Shown: one piece after another, positions 29,589 through 42,844 of the stretch
Position numbering within the stretch: position 1 is the stretch's first letter
Layout of the letters: every line of letters starts with the position of its first letter
Origin: Escherichia coli
Lineage (GTDB): Bacteria > Pseudomonadota > Gammaproteobacteria > Enterobacterales > Enterobacteriaceae
Direction: 5' to 3' (one strand)
Assembly: GCF_003334785.1 (NCBI RefSeq)
Contig: NZ_QOWV01000002.1
DNA: 64,000 bases
Made by a program: the position numbers and the translations under genes
The notes under the pieces: model-generated
What the model was told of the DNA's origin: nothing
The model's database searches: none
What the model saw: the letters and a program-made list of their open reading frames with translations, nothing else

Positions 29589-29615
29589 AAAAAATAAGCC
29601 CGTGTAAGGGAGATT
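29589..29615. other. Prophage attachment core (attR), AAAAAATAAGCCCGTGTAAGGGAGATT
   Basis: 27-bp sequence matching the P2 att core as I recall it; coincides with the terminator/3' end of cyaR. Confidence 0.6.
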
Positions 29616-29675
29616 ACACAGGCTAAGGAGGTGGTTCCTGGTACAGCTAGCATTTTATGGGTTATGTTTTTCAGC
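29589..29675 (-). ncRNA. cyaR: CyaR (RyeE) Hfq-dependent sRNA
   Basis: Reverse complement reads GCTGAAAAACATAACCCATAAAATGCTAGCTGTACCAGGAACCACCTCCTTAGCCTGTGTAATCTCCCTTACACGGGCTTATTTTTT, the CyaR sequence as recalled, with terminator hairpin and U-tract. Confidence 0.85.
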
Positions 29676-29759
29676 GAAACGGATGATAACCTTAATAAAT
29701 GCAGCTGTATGTGATCGGTTTCTAAGAATTTTCCATCCGGGAAAAATAATCGAAATTAA

Positions 29760-31121
29760 TCACTTACCGTGGGGGTTACGCGTGGTTTCCCCGGAGAAAT
29801 TACGCATCAGCAGCGCGTAATTGAGCTCAAGATCCTGCGGGACCGGGAGCCACACAGTATAACCATCGCCTGGTGCGACCGGCATCGCTTCACCTTTGGC
29901 GTTTTCCATGTGCTCAAGGGTAAAGTTAATGTTGCCTTGCGGCGTCATCAGCTCAAGGCTGTCGCCAACGGAGAATTTATTTTTCACCGCTACCGCTGCG
30001 AGGTCCCCCTTGCGCTCACCGGTAAACTCACCAACAAACTGCTGGCGGTCAGAAACTGAATAACCGTATTCGTAGTTCTGATAATCGTCGTGAGTATGAC
30101 GACGAAGGAAACCTTCGGTATAGCCACGATGCGCCAGACCTTCCAGAGTTTCCAGCAGGCTGGTATCGAACGGTTTGCCCGCAGCGGCGTCATCGATAGC
30201 TTTACGGTAAACCTGTGCGGTGCGTGCGCAATAGTAGAAAGATTTAGTACGGCCTTCGATTTTCAGCGAATGCACGCCCATTTTGGTCAGGCGTTCTACA
30301 TGGGCGATGGCGCGCAGATCTTTCGAGTTCATGATGTAAGTGCCGTGCTCATCTTCAAACGCGGTCATATACTCGCCCGGACGCTGGGCCTCTTCGATCA
30401 TAAACACTTTGTCGGTTGGTGCGCCGATACCCAGCGTCGGCTCAACATTTTGCACCGGAATCGGCTCGTACTTGTGTACGATGTTGCCAACATCATCTTC
30501 TTTCCCTTCCTGGACGTTGTACTCCCAGCGGCAGGCGTTGGTGCAGGTGCCCTGGTTCGGGTCGCGCTTGTTGATATAGCCAGAGAGCAGGCAGCGACCG
30601 GAGTAGGCCATGCACAGCGCGCCGTGAACGAAGATCTCGATCTCCATATCCGGCACCTGATTGCGGATCTCTTCAATCTCTTCCAGCGACAGCTCGCGAG
30701 AGAGGATCACGCGGGTCAGGCCCATTTGCTGCCAGAATTTCACCGTCGCCCAGTTCACGGCGTTAGCCTGCACCGAAAGGTGGATCGGCATTTCAGGGAA
30801 GTGCTCACGCACCAGCATAATCAGCCCTGGATCGGACATAATCAGCGCATCCGGCCCCATTTCCACCACCGGTTTCAGGTCACGGATAAAGGTTTTCAGC
30901 TTGGCGTTGTGCGGTGCAATGTTGACCACGACATAAAACTTTTTCCCCAGCGCGTGGGCTTCATTGATGCCGAGCTGAAGATTTTCGTGGTTGAATTCGT
31001 TGTTGCGCACACGCAGGGAGTAACGCGGCTGGCCCGCATAAACAGCATCTGCGCCATAAGCGAAAGCGTAACGCATATTTTTCAGCGTTCCCGCCGGGGA
31101 AAGGAGTTCCGGTTTAAACAT
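29760..31121 (-). CDS. yegQ: Peptidase U32-family protein YegQ (453 aa)
   Basis: MFKPELLSPAGTLKNMRYAFAYGADAVYAGQPRYSLR...; K-12 gene order. Confidence 0.9.
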   Translation of the reverse strand: MFKPELLSPAGTLKNMRYAFAYGADAVYAGQPRYSLRVRNNEFNHENLQLGINEAHALGKKFYVVVNIAPHNAKLKTFIRDLKPVVEMGPDALIMSDPGLIMLVREHFPEMPIHLSVQANAVNWATVKFWQQMGLTRVILSRELSLEEIEEIRNQVPDMEIEIFVHGALCMAYSGRCLLSGYINKRDPNQGTCTNACRWEYNVQEGKEDDVGNIVHKYEPIPVQNVEPTLGIGAPTDKVFMIEEAQRPGEYMTAFEDEHGTYIMNSKDLRAIAHVERLTKMGVHSLKIEGRTKSFYYCARTAQVYRKAIDDAAAGKPFDTSLLETLEGLAHRGYTEGFLRRHTHDDYQNYEYGYSVSDRQQFVGEFTGERKGDLAAVAVKNKFSVGDSLELMTPQGNINFTLEHMENAKGEAMPVAPGDGYTVWLPVPQDLELNYALLMRNFSGETTRNPHGK

Positions 31122-31267
31122 AATTCTCTCGTTCTGATGACAGGTCAGATCCGCTTCACCTGATGAAGCGGTTAGGGGAGTGCCCCCACTTTAAGGGCGG
31201 GCATTGTAGCGCTGTGGGGGGATCTGGTAAAGCGCCGGACGCCAACAACCCACGCCCGGCATCGTAA

Positions 31268-31600
31268 TTACGTATTGTCTTTCACCGTCTGGCTTGTGCC
31301 ATTGGCTTTAACGGAGGCAATTCCGGTTTCACGAGATTGCGCGGTGGCGTACATCTGGCTGGAGCCGATAATTTGATGATTAGCGGCTTTCAGATTGAAA
31401 TAGAATTTGCCGTTACTTGCCGTTTTTTTCTCATAGCGTTCTTCTTGCGGGCTGTTGCTACGCACCGACGCGATGCCCTTTTCCGCAGAGGCTTTTGAGG
31501 TATAAAGCTCGCTGGTGAGGATCGTCTCACCATTGCCCGCTTTTAGCACAAACCGGAACTGATTATCACTGCTCTTACTGAGTTCAAACCAACCAGCCAT
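31268..31600 (-). CDS. yegP: YegP (UPF0339/DUF1508 tandem-repeat protein, 110 aa)
   Basis: MAGWFELSKSSDNQFRFVLKAGNGETILTSELYTSKASAEKGIASVRSNS... Confidence 0.85.
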   Translation of the reverse strand: MAGWFELSKSSDNQFRFVLKAGNGETILTSELYTSKASAEKGIASVRSNSPQEERYEKKTASNGKFYFNLKAANHQIIGSSQMYATAQSRETGIASVKANGTSQTVKDNT

Positions 31601-31790
31601 AATGACTCCTTGATTGAAATTGTGTATCGAAAACAGCATCTAAAGGTGCTGTTTACCGATTAAAGTATGAGCGATTTTCTGATGCCTGCCAGGGCGGAGA
31701 GATAATGTCAGTTTGCTGACCATGCGTGGGATAATGTTGCCGGATCTGGTCTGAACGCCATCTCCGGCTAACAAAATAATGTCGCTAAAA

Positions 31791-32513
31791 CTAAACGATG
31801 CGGCAGGCGTCGGCTTCCCAGCGGTAACCGACGCCATAAACGGCGCGGATAAATGACTGTTCGGCGTCGAGAGATTCCAGCTTGCGGCGCAGGTTTTTAA
31901 TGTGGCTGTCGATGGTGCGGTCGGTTACTACGCGGTAGTCGTCATAAAGATGATTGAGCAATTGCTCGCGGGAGAACACTTTTCCTGGTTCGTGAGAGAG
32001 CGTTTTCAGCAGACGAAATTCCGCAGGCGTCAGGTCAAGCATTTTACCGCGCCATGAAGCCTGAAAACGACCTTCGTCGATAATCAACGGGCTTTCAGCA
32101 TCCTGTTGCTGCAACTCGCGCTGCGGTTTGCAACGGCGCAAAATGGTTTTGACGCGCGCTACCACTTCCCGTGGGCTGTACGGCTTACAGATATAATCAT
32201 CTGCGCCAATCTCCAGCCCCAGCAGGCGATCGATCTCTTCGATTTTTGCCGTCACCATCACGATCGGAATGTCAGAAAAACGACGAATTTCCCGGCACAG
32301 CGTCAGGCCATCGGTGCCAGGGAGCATCAGATCTAACAGGATCAGATCCGGTGGTGTCTGGCGCACATACGGCAGTACCTGATCGCCGTGGCTGATAAGC
32401 GTCGGCGCATAGCTCGCAGCACGCAGATAATCAATGAGCAACTGCCCCAGCTTCGGTTCATCTTCCACGATCAAAATACGCGGTGTGTTTTCGTCGATTG
32501 GTAACTCGGTCAT
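31791..32513 (-). CDS. baeR: Response regulator BaeR (OmpR family, 240 aa)
   Basis: Receiver domain (LIVEDEP...DLMLPG) plus winged-helix C-terminus; follows baeS. Confidence 0.9.
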
Positions 32514-33913
32514 ACTTCTCTCTGTAAATCCCGTTCCAGCGGTAACTCTACTGTAATGCTTACCCCGCCAAAAGGCGAATGGGCAGCAATAATGCGACCA
32601 TTATGTGCTTCAACAATGTTCAGGCAAATCGCCAGCCCCAGCCCGGAACCGCCGCTGGCACGGTTGCGGGAACCTTCGGTGCGATAAAAACGTTCAAACA
32701 ATTTTTGTAGCTGATCGTCACTGACACCTGGCGCACTGTCGGCAAAGGTCAGGCGCACCGTTTTGTCGCGCTGCCCGGCAGAGATTTGCAGGCTGCCGCC
32801 GCTGTCAGTGTAGCGCAGGCTGTTTTCCAGTAAGTTATTGAATAACTGCATTAAACGGTCGCGATCGCCAAATACGGTAATACTGTCTGGCAGGGAAAAT
32901 TGCAGTTTCAGGCCACGACTGGCGAATCGTTCGCGAAATGCGCCGCCCGCCACTTCCAGCAGTGGGATCAAATCTACCGGTGCTTTTTGATAGGCGAGAG
33001 CGCCTTCATCAGACATCGACAACTGATGGAGATCGTCAACCAGTTTGGTCAGTGTACCGACCTCCGCCTGTAAAGACGCCACCGTCTCCGGCGTGAATTT
33101 ACGCACGCCATCCTGAATGGCTTCCAGTTCACCGCGCAGCACCGCTAATGGCGTACGCAGTTCGTGAGAAATATCGGCCATAAAATCGCGCCGCATTTGC
33201 TGGTTTTTCTCCAGTGTGCTGGCAAGCTGGTTGAAGTCTTGCGCCAGTTTGCCCAGTTCATCTTCACTGGTGGGCGTTACGCGGGTAGTGAAATCGCCCG
33301 CCGCCAGTTTGTGCGTGCCATCGACAAGTCGTTTTACCGGTGCCAGTAAACCGCGCGCCAGCAGAAAAGTGGCAAGTGCCGCGAGTAACGTTGCCAGGGC
33401 GACAATCAACCAGCTGGTTTGCCGCTGTTGTTTATCGAAATTGATATCAGTATTGCGCGTTAACCGCTCAACGGGGGAGGCGATCACCGCGCCAACTTCC
33501 GCACCGTTGACCAGAATGGGTCGCCGTGTACCGTCAGGTGGAATCGGCGCTCGCGGACCAACCAGCACTTTGTTGTTTTGATCAACCACCCAGAACTGGG
33601 TACGCCAGCCGTGCGGTGGCATACCCGGGCCGGGTTTATCTTCCGAATTATCGTGTTCAAATGAACGCAGGATCTGAAAGACAAAGCGATCATTGTTGCG
33701 CAGGAAGCGCCAGTTGCCATGCTGCGCATACTGCTCGCCAAGCGCATCACTTAACAGTTGTAATCGCTGTTCATTACCATGCTTGATGTAATCAATAAAG
33801 CCACGCTCAAAACTGATACGCACCGCCCAGTGCATACTGATCAGCAAGACAATGCAGGTGGCGAAAATCGCCAGAAACAGTTTGCCGGTAATACCGGGTC
33901 GCCAGAACTTCAT
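32510..33913 (-). CDS. baeS: Sensor histidine kinase BaeS (467 aa)
   Basis: Two TM segments, HAMP, H-box (SHELRTPL) and ATPase motifs; overlaps baeR start. Confidence 0.9.
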
Positions 33914-35325
33914 TGCGCGCTCCTTTTTCGCCGCGAAATAGCTACATTTTGATGCGTATCGTTCGGCACTCTGGCAAAGATGAACGCCGGAAGGGCGATG
34001 ATCAACGCCATGCTAAGCCAGGTGTACATAAAGACGGTTTGTGTGGTGCCGCTGTCGACGCTGACATGCTGTGAACCAAAAAGTCCCAGCAACAGCCCGG
34101 CGATAGTGACGCCGATACTCATCGACAATTGCATAATCATCGACAGCAGGCTGTTGCCGCTGCTCGCCAGATTGTCCGGGAGATCTTTCAGCGTCAGGGT
34201 GTTCATGGAGGAGAAACGCGTCGAGTTGACCATCCCTTGTAAAAACAGGACGAACGGCAAAACGTAGTACCAGCCCAGCAGGGCGGTAGTCATAAACAAC
34301 AGGGTGACCAGCGACAGACCCAGCGTGGTCGCTACCAGTACCCGACGATAACCAAAGCGATTCACCACCTGTACCACAATTCGCTTCATTCCCATGCTGC
34401 CAAGCACCATCGGGATCATCATCAGTCCGGCATGAAACGGCGAGAAACCGAGGCCAATTTGCAGGAAAACCGGTGTCATAAAGGGCAACATGCCACTGCC
34501 AATACGTCCGGCAAAGCTCCCCGCCAGGCCCAGCGAAAAGGTACGAGTACGGAACAGTTTCAGACTGAACAGGGCACGGTTGTTATTTCTGGCGTGCAGC
34601 AGATAAAGCACCAGTGCCACCACGCCAACTGCGACCAGGCCTGCAATCGTCAGCGGCGATAAACCTGTACCTTTACTGCCGTCCAGCGCCAGGGTTAATA
34701 CCGCCATGCCAACCGCCAGCAATAAAAATCCGGAGAGATCAAAGCGCCGCGTCTGCATGGTGTAGTTTGGCATTAACAGCAATGTGGCGATCGCACCGAT
34801 AATCCCCACCGGAATGTTGATCAAAAAGATCCAGTGCCACGATGCGTACTCCACCAGCAGACCGCCGAGCGCCGGACCGAGCAGCGGACCGACCTGACCG
34901 GGTAACGTGACAAAGGTCATCGCCGCCATATATTGCTCGCGCGGTACGATTTTCATCACCGTCAATCTGCCGACCGGCACCATCATCGCGCCGCCAACGC
35001 CCTGTAACGCGCGTGCCAGCAACAGTTCGTTCAGCGTGCCGGAAAGCGCGCAAAACAGTGAACCGAGAGTAAACAGCACGATGGCGGTAAAGAAAATATT
35101 GCGCACGCCGACTTTGTCCGCCAGCCAGCCGCTGGCGGGCAGCATCACCGCCACGGTCAGCACATAAGAGACAATGACCATGTGCATATGCAACGGACTT
35201 TCCCCGAGGCTTTGCGCCATTGAGGGAAGGGCGGTGTTTACGATGGTGGTGTCCAGCGACTGCATAAAGAAGCCGAAAGCCACAATCCACAATTGCCAAC
35301 GGGTGCTGTCGGGAAGATCTGTCAT
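33910..35325 (-). CDS. mdtD: MFS transporter MdtD (471 aa)
   Basis: Multi-TM MFS protein in mdtABCD-baeSR operon order. Confidence 0.9.
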   Translation of the reverse strand: MTDLPDSTRWQLWIVAFGFFMQSLDTTIVNTALPSMAQSLGESPLHMHMVIVSYVLTVAVMLPASGWLADKVGVRNIFFTAIVLFTLGSLFCALSGTLNELLLARALQGVGGAMMVPVGRLTVMKIVPREQYMAAMTFVTLPGQVGPLLGPALGGLLVEYASWHWIFLINIPVGIIGAIATLLLMPNYTMQTRRFDLSGFLLLAVGMAVLTLALDGSKGTGLSPLTIAGLVAVGVVALVLYLLHARNNNRALFSLKLFRTRTFSLGLAGSFAGRIGSGMLPFMTPVFLQIGLGFSPFHAGLMMIPMVLGSMGMKRIVVQVVNRFGYRRVLVATTLGLSLVTLLFMTTALLGWYYVLPFVLFLQGMVNSTRFSSMNTLTLKDLPDNLASSGNSLLSMIMQLSMSIGVTIAGLLLGLFGSQHVSVDSGTTQTVFMYTWLSMALIIALPAFIFARVPNDTHQNVAISRRKRSAQ

Positions 35326-38300
35326 TTACTCGGTTACCGTTTGTTTAGGTTTACGCGAAAAACGCAGCCGCAGACGGTCGAAAAAGAGATACACCACCGG
35401 CGTGGTATACAGCGTAAGGAGCTGGCTCATTACCAGTCCGCCGACAATGGTGATCCCCAGGGGTTGCCGCAGCTCCGAGCCGTCGCCGCCCGACAATACC
35501 AGCGGCAGCGCACCAAACAGCGCCGCCAGGGTAGTCATCATAATCGGGCGAAAACGCAGCAGACAGGCCTGGAAAATAGCTTCCTGCGGCGTCAGGTTAC
35601 CGTGCCGTTGGGCTTCAAGCGCAAAATCGACCATCATAATGGCGTTTTTCTTCACGATGCCGATTAATAGCATGATCCCTATCAGGGCGATTAGGCTGAA
35701 CGGGGCATTGAACAGCTCCAGCGCCAACAGCGCTCCAACGCCCGCCGAGGGCAGGGTGGAGAGAATCGTCAGCGGATGTACGTAACTCTCGTAAAGGATA
35801 CCCAGCACGATATACACCGTGGCGATGGCGGCGATAATCAGGATCACCTGCGAGTTCATCGTCTCCTGGAACACCTGCGCCGTGCCGGCAAAACTGCCGC
35901 GCACCGTCGAAGGCACACCAAGCTGGGTCATTGCGCGATCGATCGCCGCACTGGCGTCCGAGAGCGATTTTCCGGTCGGCAGGTTAAACGAAATGGTCGA
36001 GGCCGCCGATAATCCCTGATGATTCACCGATAGTGGGGCATTCGCCGGTTGCCATTTAGCGAAATACGACAGCGGGATCGCTTTGCCTTCGTTATTGATA
36101 ACGAACATTTTTTCCAGCGCACTGATGTCCTGGGTATAGCGCGGATCCACTTCCATCACCACTTTATACTGGTTCATCGGCTGGTAAATGGTCGAGATTT
36201 GCCGCTGACCGAAGGCGTTATTTAACAGACTGTTGGCGGCTTGTACGTCGATTCCCAGCCGTGCCATGGTGTCGCGGTCGTAAACCAGATTCATCTCCGC
36301 GCCGTTATCCTGCTGATCGGAGTTCACGTCCGCCAGTTCCGGCAACGTCGCCAGTTTTTTGCGGATTTTCGGCTCCCATTCTCGCAGTGCCGCCAGGTCG
36401 TCGGATAACAACGTGTACTGGTAGCTGGCGTTCGACTGACGCCCACCAACGCGAATATCCTGTACCGCCATCAGGAACAGATTCGCCCCCGGTTCTTTCG
36501 CCAGTTTTACGCGCAGACGGTCGATAATTTGCTGCGCCGTTTCGCTGCGTTCGTCGCGTGGCTTGAGGGTGATAAACATCATCCCGCTGTTCACTCGCGA
36601 ACCGCCTGTAAAGCCGGTGACATTATCCACTGCCGGATCGTCACGGATAATTTTCATGAAATCCTGCAACTTACCGCGCATCGCCTGAAACGAAATACTC
36701 TGATCCGCCTGAATCCCGCCCATCAACACGCCAGTGTCCTGCTCCGGGAAGAAGGTTTTCGGGATCGAGATATACAGCCAGATATTCAGCGCAATGGTGC
36801 CAAGCAGCACCACGCCCACCAGACGGGTATGATTGAGCACCCATTTCAGTGACTTGCCGTAGCCTTGTTGCAGGGCTACCAACATGCGACCAAAACCACG
36901 CAGTCGCTTTTGCTCGCGCGGCTTGCTGGCTTTCAGCATCCAGCCACACATCATTGGCGTTAATGTCAGAGAAACCAGCAACGATATACCAATGGCGACA
37001 GAAAGCGTCACGGCAAATTCGCGTAACAGTCGGCCCGGCAATCCGCCCATCAACAGCAGCGGCAGGAACACCGCCACCAGTGACAGACTCATCGACAGCA
37101 CCGTAAAACCGACTTCGCGAGTACCTTGCAGTGCGGCTTGCAACGGTTTCATTCCCGCTTCCAGATGACGTGCAATGTTTTCCAGCACCACGATGGCGTC
37201 ATCCACCACGAAACCAGTAGCGATGGTGAGCGCCATTAACGAAAGGTTATTGAGACTGAATCCGCACAGGTACATCGCCGCAAACGTACCAATCAGCGAA
37301 ACCGGCACCGAAACGGCGGGAATAATAGTGGCGCGACCCGAGCGCAGGAATAAAAACACCACCAGAATCACCAGCGCCACCGAGATAATCAGCGTTTGCT
37401 CGACTTCTTCCAGCGAGGCGCGAATGGTGGGGGAGCGATCCTGGGCAATTTGCAGATCAATCGCCGCCGGAATGGTTTCCTGCAACTCCGGTAATTTTGC
37501 CCGGATGCTGTCAACCGTCTGGATAATATTGGCTTCCGGCAGTTTGCGGATCATCAGTAAAATAGCCGGTTTGGCGTTGGTCATCCCGGCGTTGCGCACA
37601 TCCTGCACTGAGTCGGTCACCGTCGCCACATCGCCCAGACGAACCGCGCCGCCGTTGTTGTAGTGAATAATCAACGGCTGATATTCAGCGGCGGTTTTTA
37701 GCTCATCATTGGTCTGGATCTGCCAGCGGTGAGTGCCATCTTCCAGCGCGCCCTGCGGTTTACGCACGTTGGCATTGCTGACGGCGGTGCGTACGTCGTC
37801 CAGCGACACGCCCTGATTAAACAGCGCCTGCGGATTCAGCCCGACGCGTACGGCGGGCAGTGAGCTGCCTCCGACATCGACATCACCAACACCGTCGATT
37901 TGCGAAATCGTCGGAGCCAGCTGCGTCGAGGCGAAATCGTACAGTTCACCCTGCGAATAAGTATCGGACGTCAGCGTGAGGATCATAATTGGCGCATCCG
38001 ACGGGTTCGCTTTGCGATAGGTCGGGCGGCTGGGCATCCCACTGGGCAGCAAACTTTGTGCAGCGTTGATCGCCGCCTGCACATCACGCGCTGCGCCGTT
38101 GATATCCCGGTCAAAATCAAACTGCAAAATAATACGCGTGCTGCCGAGCGAACTGCTGGAGGTCATTTCACTGACTCCGGCAATGCGCCCAAGTGAGCGC
38201 TCCAGCGGCGTGGCAACGGAAGACGCCATTGTTTCTGGTGACGCACCGGGCAGCGAGGCGCTGACCATAATCACCGGAAAATCGACCTGCGGCAGCGGGG

Positions 38301-38403
38301 CGACCGGCAGCATACGGAAGCCCAGTATGCCGCACAGGGTAATGGCAACCGACAGTAAAATCGTCGCCACCGGACGGTAAATGAAGAGGGCAAAAAACTT
38401 CAC
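35326..38403 (-). CDS. mdtC: RND efflux pump subunit MdtC (1025 aa)
   Basis: AcrB-like RND transporter; operon position. Confidence 0.9.
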   Translation of the reverse strand: MKFFALFIYRPVATILLSVAITLCGILGFRMLPVAPLPQVDFPVIMVSASLPGASPETMASSVATPLERSLGRIAGVSEMTSSSSLGSTRIILQFDFDRDINGAARDVQAAINAAQSLLPSGMPSRPTYRKANPSDAPIMILTLTSDTYSQGELYDFASTQLAPTISQIDGVGDVDVGGSSLPAVRVGLNPQALFNQGVSLDDVRTAVSNANVRKPQGALEDGTHRWQIQTNDELKTAAEYQPLIIHYNNGGAVRLGDVATVTDSVQDVRNAGMTNAKPAILLMIRKLPEANIIQTVDSIRAKLPELQETIPAAIDLQIAQDRSPTIRASLEEVEQTLIISVALVILVVFLFLRSGRATIIPAVSVPVSLIGTFAAMYLCGFSLNNLSLMALTIATGFVVDDAIVVLENIARHLEAGMKPLQAALQGTREVGFTVLSMSLSLVAVFLPLLLMGGLPGRLLREFAVTLSVAIGISLLVSLTLTPMMCGWMLKASKPREQKRLRGFGRMLVALQQGYGKSLKWVLNHTRLVGVVLLGTIALNIWLYISIPKTFFPEQDTGVLMGGIQADQSISFQAMRGKLQDFMKIIRDDPAVDNVTGFTGGSRVNSGMMFITLKPRDERSETAQQIIDRLRVKLAKEPGANLFLMAVQDIRVGGRQSNASYQYTLLSDDLAALREWEPKIRKKLATLPELADVNSDQQDNGAEMNLVYDRDTMARLGIDVQAANSLLNNAFGQRQISTIYQPMNQYKVVMEVDPRYTQDISALEKMFVINNEGKAIPLSYFAKWQPANAPLSVNHQGLSAASTISFNLPTGKSLSDASAAIDRAMTQLGVPSTVRGSFAGTAQVFQETMNSQVILIIAAIATVYIVLGILYESYVHPLTILSTLPSAGVGALLALELFNAPFSLIALIGIMLLIGIVKKNAIMMVDFALEAQRHGNLTPQEAIFQACLLRFRPIMMTTLAALFGALPLVLSGGDGSELRQPLGITIVGGLVMSQLLTLYTTPVVYLFFDRLRLRFSRKPKQTVTE

Positions 38404-41400
38404 TTACGCCTCCTCTTCATGACGGGCAAAGCGGCTTTTGGTCCACAATGCCAGGCGGTCGAACAGCAGATAAATCACCGGCGTGGTGAACAGCGTCAGC
38501 ACCTGGCTGACAATCAGGCCGCCGACCATGCCGATACCTAACGGACGACGCAGTTCCGCGCCGACCCCGGTACTCAACATCAGCGGCAGCGCGCCAAGCA
38601 GAGCCGCCAGGGTGGTCATCAGGATCGGACGAAAACGCAACAGACAAGCCTGGTAGATTGCCTCGCGCGGCGACATGCCTTGCTCGCGCTCGGCAGCCAG
38701 CGCGAAGTCGATCATCATGATGGCGTTCTTCTTCACGATACCGATCAGCAAAATAATGCCGATAATCGCAATCACATCCAGTTCGCTACCAGCAATCAGC
38801 AACGCCAGCAGTGCGCCAACCCCTGCGGTGGGTAGCGTCGAGAGAATGGTGATCGGGTGAATAAAGCTCTCGTACAGAATGCCGAGCACGATATACATCG
38901 CCACCACCGCCGCGACAATCAGCCAGACAGTGCTGCCCAGCGCCGACTGGAAGGCGAGGGTGCTGCCCTGGAACTGCGTGGTGATATCCACCGGCAGATT
39001 CAGCGTCTTTTCGGTGTCCATAATCGCCTGCACCGCATCGCCCAGCGAATAGTTATCCGGCACGTTAAAGGAGATGGTCGTTACCGGGAACTGATCCAGA
39101 TGGTTGATGGAGAGCGGCGCAAAACGCTGCTCAATTTTGGCAATTGAGCTTAGCGGCACCACGCCGCCGTCGCTGCTGGTCAGGCGAATGGTATCCAGCG
39201 CCGCGAGGCCTGGGGTATTTTCGGTGTTGTGCTCCAGCACCACGCGATACTGGTTGGCCTGAGTATAAATAGTGGAAATCAGCCGCTGACCAAACGCGTT
39301 GTACAGGGCGTTATCGACATCCGCCATGCTGATCCCCAGACGGCTGGCGCTGTCGCGATCAACATTGACATACGCCACCAGCCCTTTGTCCTGCCAGTCG
39401 CTGGAGACATCAGAAAGCTGTGGCAGTTGCTGGAGTTTTTCCATCAACTGTGGCACCCAGGTACTGAGCGCATCCAGTGACGTGGCCTGCAAGGTAAACT
39501 GGTACTGGGTGCGGCTGACCTGAGTATCAATAGTCAGATCCTGCGTTGGTTGCAGGAAGAGATCGACGCCCGGCACTTTATCTACCGCCGTTTGCAGACG
39601 GGCGATGACTTTTTGCACCCGATCATCACGTTCATCCAACGGTTTGAGGTTGATTTGTAAACGTGCACTGTTCAGCGACGGGTTAGTGCCATCAACGCCA
39701 ACAAATGAGGTCAGGCTTTGCACTGCCGGATCCTGCAAAATCACGTCCGCGACCTGGCGTTGTCGCTGGGCCATATTGGCAAAGGAGCTGGATTGCGGTG
39801 CCTGCAAAGTGCCCTGAATAATGCCATTGTCCTGTACCGGGAAGAAACCTTTCGGAATGAACACCCACAGCAGCACGCTAAGCAGCAGCGTGCTGAGTGC
39901 CACGCTTAAGGTCAGCCACGGATGATTCAGCACTTTCGCCAGTCCACGACCATAGGCGGCGATTATCCTGTCGAACATTTTTTCCGAGGCACGGGAGAAG
40001 CGGTTCTGTTTACGCAACGACTCCTGGCTGAGCATCCGCGCGCACATCATCGGTGTCAGGGTCAGCGACACCACCGCTGAGATCAAAATCGCTACCGCCA
40101 GGGTAATAGCAAATTCGCGGAACAGTCGCCCGACGATATCGCCCATAAACAGCAGTGGGATCAACACCGCAATCAGTGAGAAGGTCAGCGAGATAATGGT
40201 AAAGCCGATTTCACCTGCGCCCTTGAGCGCCGCCGCCAACGGTTTTTCGCCTTTTTCGATATAGCGGGAAATGTTTTCGATCACCACGATGGCGTCATCG
40301 ACCACGAATCCGGTGGCGATAGTTAACGCCATCAGTGTCAGGTTATTGATTGAAAAATCGAGAAACACCATAACCGCGAAAGTGCCGATTAACGACAGCG
40401 GTACAGCAACACCGGGAATGATGGTCGCCGGAATATTGCGCAAAAACAGGTAGATAATCATGACTACCAGCGCGATAGCCATCATCAATTCAAACTGAGT
40501 ATCATCGACGGATGCGCGGATATTGGTGGTGCGATCGGAAAGCACTGTCACCTTCACCGATTTCGGCAGACTCTCAGTGAGCTGTGGCAGCATCTGCCGA
40601 ATGCTGTCGGCGGTGGAGATAATGTTAGCACCGGGCTGGCGCTGAACATTCATCACAATGGCCTGTTCTTTGTTCGCCCACGCGCCGAGCCAGCTGTTTT
40701 CTGCACCTTGCTCTACAGTTGCGACATCGCCCAGACGAATTGGCGCGCCGTTCTGGTAGGCGATGATTAGCTGGCGATACTCTTCGGCGGATTGCATCTG
40801 GTCGTTCGCGGAAAGCGTGACCGCACGGGAAGGGCCGTCGAGGCTACCTTTTGCCGAGTTAACGTTAGCGCCGGTAATGGCGGTGCGCACGGTTTCGCTG
40901 GTCAGGCCGAGGGCGGCAATCGCCTGAGCGTTAAGTTTGACGCGAACAGCCGGACGCTGACCGCCGGAAAGCGTCACCAGGCCGACGCCGGAAATCTGCG
41001 AGATTTTCTGCGCGACGCGGGTTTCCACCATATCTTCCACTTGCGTCATCGGCATGGCGGTTGAGGTGACGGCGAGCGTCATGATCGGCGGATCTGCCGG
41101 GTTCACTTTGCTGTAAACCGGCGGGTTAGGCAGATCGCTCGGCAACAAGTTGGTCGCAGCGTTAATCGCGGCCTGCACTTCCTGCTCGGCGACATCGAGC
41201 GGTAATGTTAGCTGGAACTGCAAAGTGATAACTGACGCACCGCCGGAACTTTGCGACGACATCTGTTTCAGGCCAGACATCTGCCCGAACTGGCGTTCTA
41301 GCGGCGCGGTAACGGCAGAGGTCATGACATCCGGGCTGGCACCTGGGTAGAGCGTGACCACCTGAATGGTCGGATAGTCCACTTCCGGCAGCGCCGAAAC

Positions 41401-41526
41401 GGGCAGGGTGCGATAACCGATAATCCCGGCGAGTAAGATCGCCACCATCAGCAGCGTGGTGGCCACAGGACGCATAATAAACAGGCGCGACGGGCCGCCT
41501 GTGCTGCTCGGGGGTAACACCTGCAT
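38404..41526 (-). CDS. mdtB: RND efflux pump subunit MdtB (1040 aa)
   Basis: AcrB-like RND transporter; operon position. Confidence 0.9.
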   Translation of the reverse strand: MQVLPPSSTGGPSRLFIMRPVATTLLMVAILLAGIIGYRTLPVSALPEVDYPTIQVVTLYPGASPDVMTSAVTAPLERQFGQMSGLKQMSSQSSGGASVITLQFQLTLPLDVAEQEVQAAINAATNLLPSDLPNPPVYSKVNPADPPIMTLAVTSTAMPMTQVEDMVETRVAQKISQISGVGLVTLSGGQRPAVRVKLNAQAIAALGLTSETVRTAITGANVNSAKGSLDGPSRAVTLSANDQMQSAEEYRQLIIAYQNGAPIRLGDVATVEQGAENSWLGAWANKEQAIVMNVQRQPGANIISTADSIRQMLPQLTESLPKSVKVTVLSDRTTNIRASVDDTQFELMMAIALVVMIIYLFLRNIPATIIPGVAVPLSLIGTFAVMVFLDFSINNLTLMALTIATGFVVDDAIVVIENISRYIEKGEKPLAAALKGAGEIGFTIISLTFSLIAVLIPLLFMGDIVGRLFREFAITLAVAILISAVVSLTLTPMMCARMLSQESLRKQNRFSRASEKMFDRIIAAYGRGLAKVLNHPWLTLSVALSTLLLSVLLWVFIPKGFFPVQDNGIIQGTLQAPQSSSFANMAQRQRQVADVILQDPAVQSLTSFVGVDGTNPSLNSARLQINLKPLDERDDRVQKVIARLQTAVDKVPGVDLFLQPTQDLTIDTQVSRTQYQFTLQATSLDALSTWVPQLMEKLQQLPQLSDVSSDWQDKGLVAYVNVDRDSASRLGISMADVDNALYNAFGQRLISTIYTQANQYRVVLEHNTENTPGLAALDTIRLTSSDGGVVPLSSIAKIEQRFAPLSINHLDQFPVTTISFNVPDNYSLGDAVQAIMDTEKTLNLPVDITTQFQGSTLAFQSALGSTVWLIVAAVVAMYIVLGILYESFIHPITILSTLPTAGVGALLALLIAGSELDVIAIIGIILLIGIVKKNAIMMIDFALAAEREQGMSPREAIYQACLLRFRPILMTTLAALLGALPLMLSTGVGAELRRPLGIGMVGGLIVSQVLTLFTTPVIYLLFDRLALWTKSRFARHEEEA

Positions 41527-42773
41527 CAGGAGCGTGCTCCTTTTTTCGCGTATTCGCGGCTGGTGGCTTTCTCTTCCGGAGTAGTGGCGCTCTGGGCTTC
41601 CACCACTTCCACTTTCGCCCCTTCGGTCAGGCGATCAATGCCGTCTGTCACCACGCGATCGCCCGCAGAAATACCTGCACGGATCACCACTTTCTGACTG
41701 TCCTGAATGCCCGGCGTCACCAGATGTTTGCTGACCTTGTTTTCGCTATTCAGCACCCAGACAAAATGGCCTTCATTGCCCATTTGCAGGGCGGCTGTTG
41801 GGATCACTACGGCGTTTTGTTCGGTGTCGACTAACATGCGCGCGTTAACAAACTGATTGGGAAACAGCGCATCATCCTGATTATTAAAGCGTGCTTTCAC
41901 TTTAATCGTACCGGTAGTGGCATCGATTTGGTTATCTAGACTTAACAGCGTGCCTTCACTTAATTTCTTCGAGTTGGTGCGATCCCAGGCTTCTACCACC
42001 AGCGGTTTTCCGGTTTTCTGCGCCTGCACTACGGTAGCGATATCGCTTTCCGGCAGGGTAAAGACTAAATCGATAGGATGCGTCTGGGTGATCACCACGA
42101 TCCCGGTGGTATCACCACTGGAGATTTGGTTACCAACATCAACCTGCTTGAGACCAACGCGACCATCGACTGGTGCGGTAATCCGGCTCCAGTCGAGTTG
42201 CAGCTGCGCGCTGGCAACGCTTGCTTCATCAGCCTTAATGGTGCCTTCGGTTTCACTGACCAGCGCCTGTTGGGCATCCAGCTCCTGGCGGGAAACGAGA
42301 TTGGTTTTTGCCAGTTGTTGATAACGCGCCAGGTCACGGCGGGCGTTGGCAAGCGTGGCTTTATCTTTTGCCAGTTGGCCCTGGGCTTGTGCTAATGCAA
42401 CTTTGAACTGGCTGGGGTCAATTTCTGCCAGTAAATCGCCTGCTTTGACCTGCTGGCCTTCCTGGAAATGTAACGCTATCAGTTGGCCGTCCACGCGGCT
42501 GCGCACCGTAACGGTATTAGCGGCGGTAATGGTGCCAAGCCCGGTGAGGTAACGCGGAACTGCCTGTTCTACGGCGGTCGCCGCCTGAACCGGGGCTAAT
42601 GGGCCGGAACGCATACCACGTCGACCACCCGCTGGCGATTGCTGCGCTTGTTTCGTCGCCCCTGGGGCTGCACTCCGGGAGTCATTGCGGCCTTGCCAGA
42701 ACCAGAATGCGGCGATGGCGGCGATAACCACCACGATTACGATTACCCAACGGGATTTATAACTACCTTTCAT
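41526..42773 (-). CDS. mdtA: Membrane fusion protein MdtA (415 aa)
   Basis: [28 protein letters not shown]... start chosen inside the longer track ORF to give 415 aa. Confidence 0.9.
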   Translation of the reverse strand: MKGSYKSRWVIVIVVVIAAIAAFWFWQGRNDSRSAAPGATKQAQQSPAGGRRGMRSGPLAPVQAATAVEQAVPRYLTGLGTITAANTVTVRSRVDGQLIALHFQEGQQVKAGDLLAEIDPSQFKVALAQAQGQLAKDKATLANARRDLARYQQLAKTNLVSRQELDAQQALVSETEGTIKADEASVASAQLQLDWSRITAPVDGRVGLKQVDVGNQISSGDTTGIVVITQTHPIDLVFTLPESDIATVVQAQKTGKPLVVEAWDRTNSKKLSEGTLLSLDNQIDATTGTIKVKARFNNQDDALFPNQFVNARMLVDTEQNAVVIPTAALQMGNEGHFVWVLNSENKVSKHLVTPGIQDSQKVVIRAGISAGDRVVTDGIDRLTEGAKVEVVEAQSATTPEEKATSREYAKKGARS

Positions 42774-42822
42774 CGTTAAGAGTTTCTCTTCCTGAAACGT
42801 TTCGCGGAATGATACTAGTGTA

Positions 42823-42844
42823 GCCAGCCAATAAGGGAGAAAAA
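42823..42844 (-). promoter_or_regulatory. BaeR-box-like site upstream of mdtA (TTTTTCTCCCTTATTGGCTGGC on the minus strand)
   Basis: Resembles the reported BaeR binding consensus TTTTTCTCCATDATTGGC; located about 50-70 bp upstream of the mdtA start. Confidence 0.45.

Noticed and set aside
30090-31163. 357-aa plus-strand ORF
   Set aside because: Lies entirely antisense to yegQ, whose product is clearly recognisable; composition-driven artefact.
31640-31837. 65-aa minus-strand ORF between yegP and baeR
   Set aside because: Overlaps the baeR start region; no recognisable features; likely intergenic.
33910-41526. Numerous 60-200 aa ORFs on the plus strand inside mdtB, mdtC and mdtD
   Set aside because: All are antisense or out of frame within long, well-supported transporter genes.
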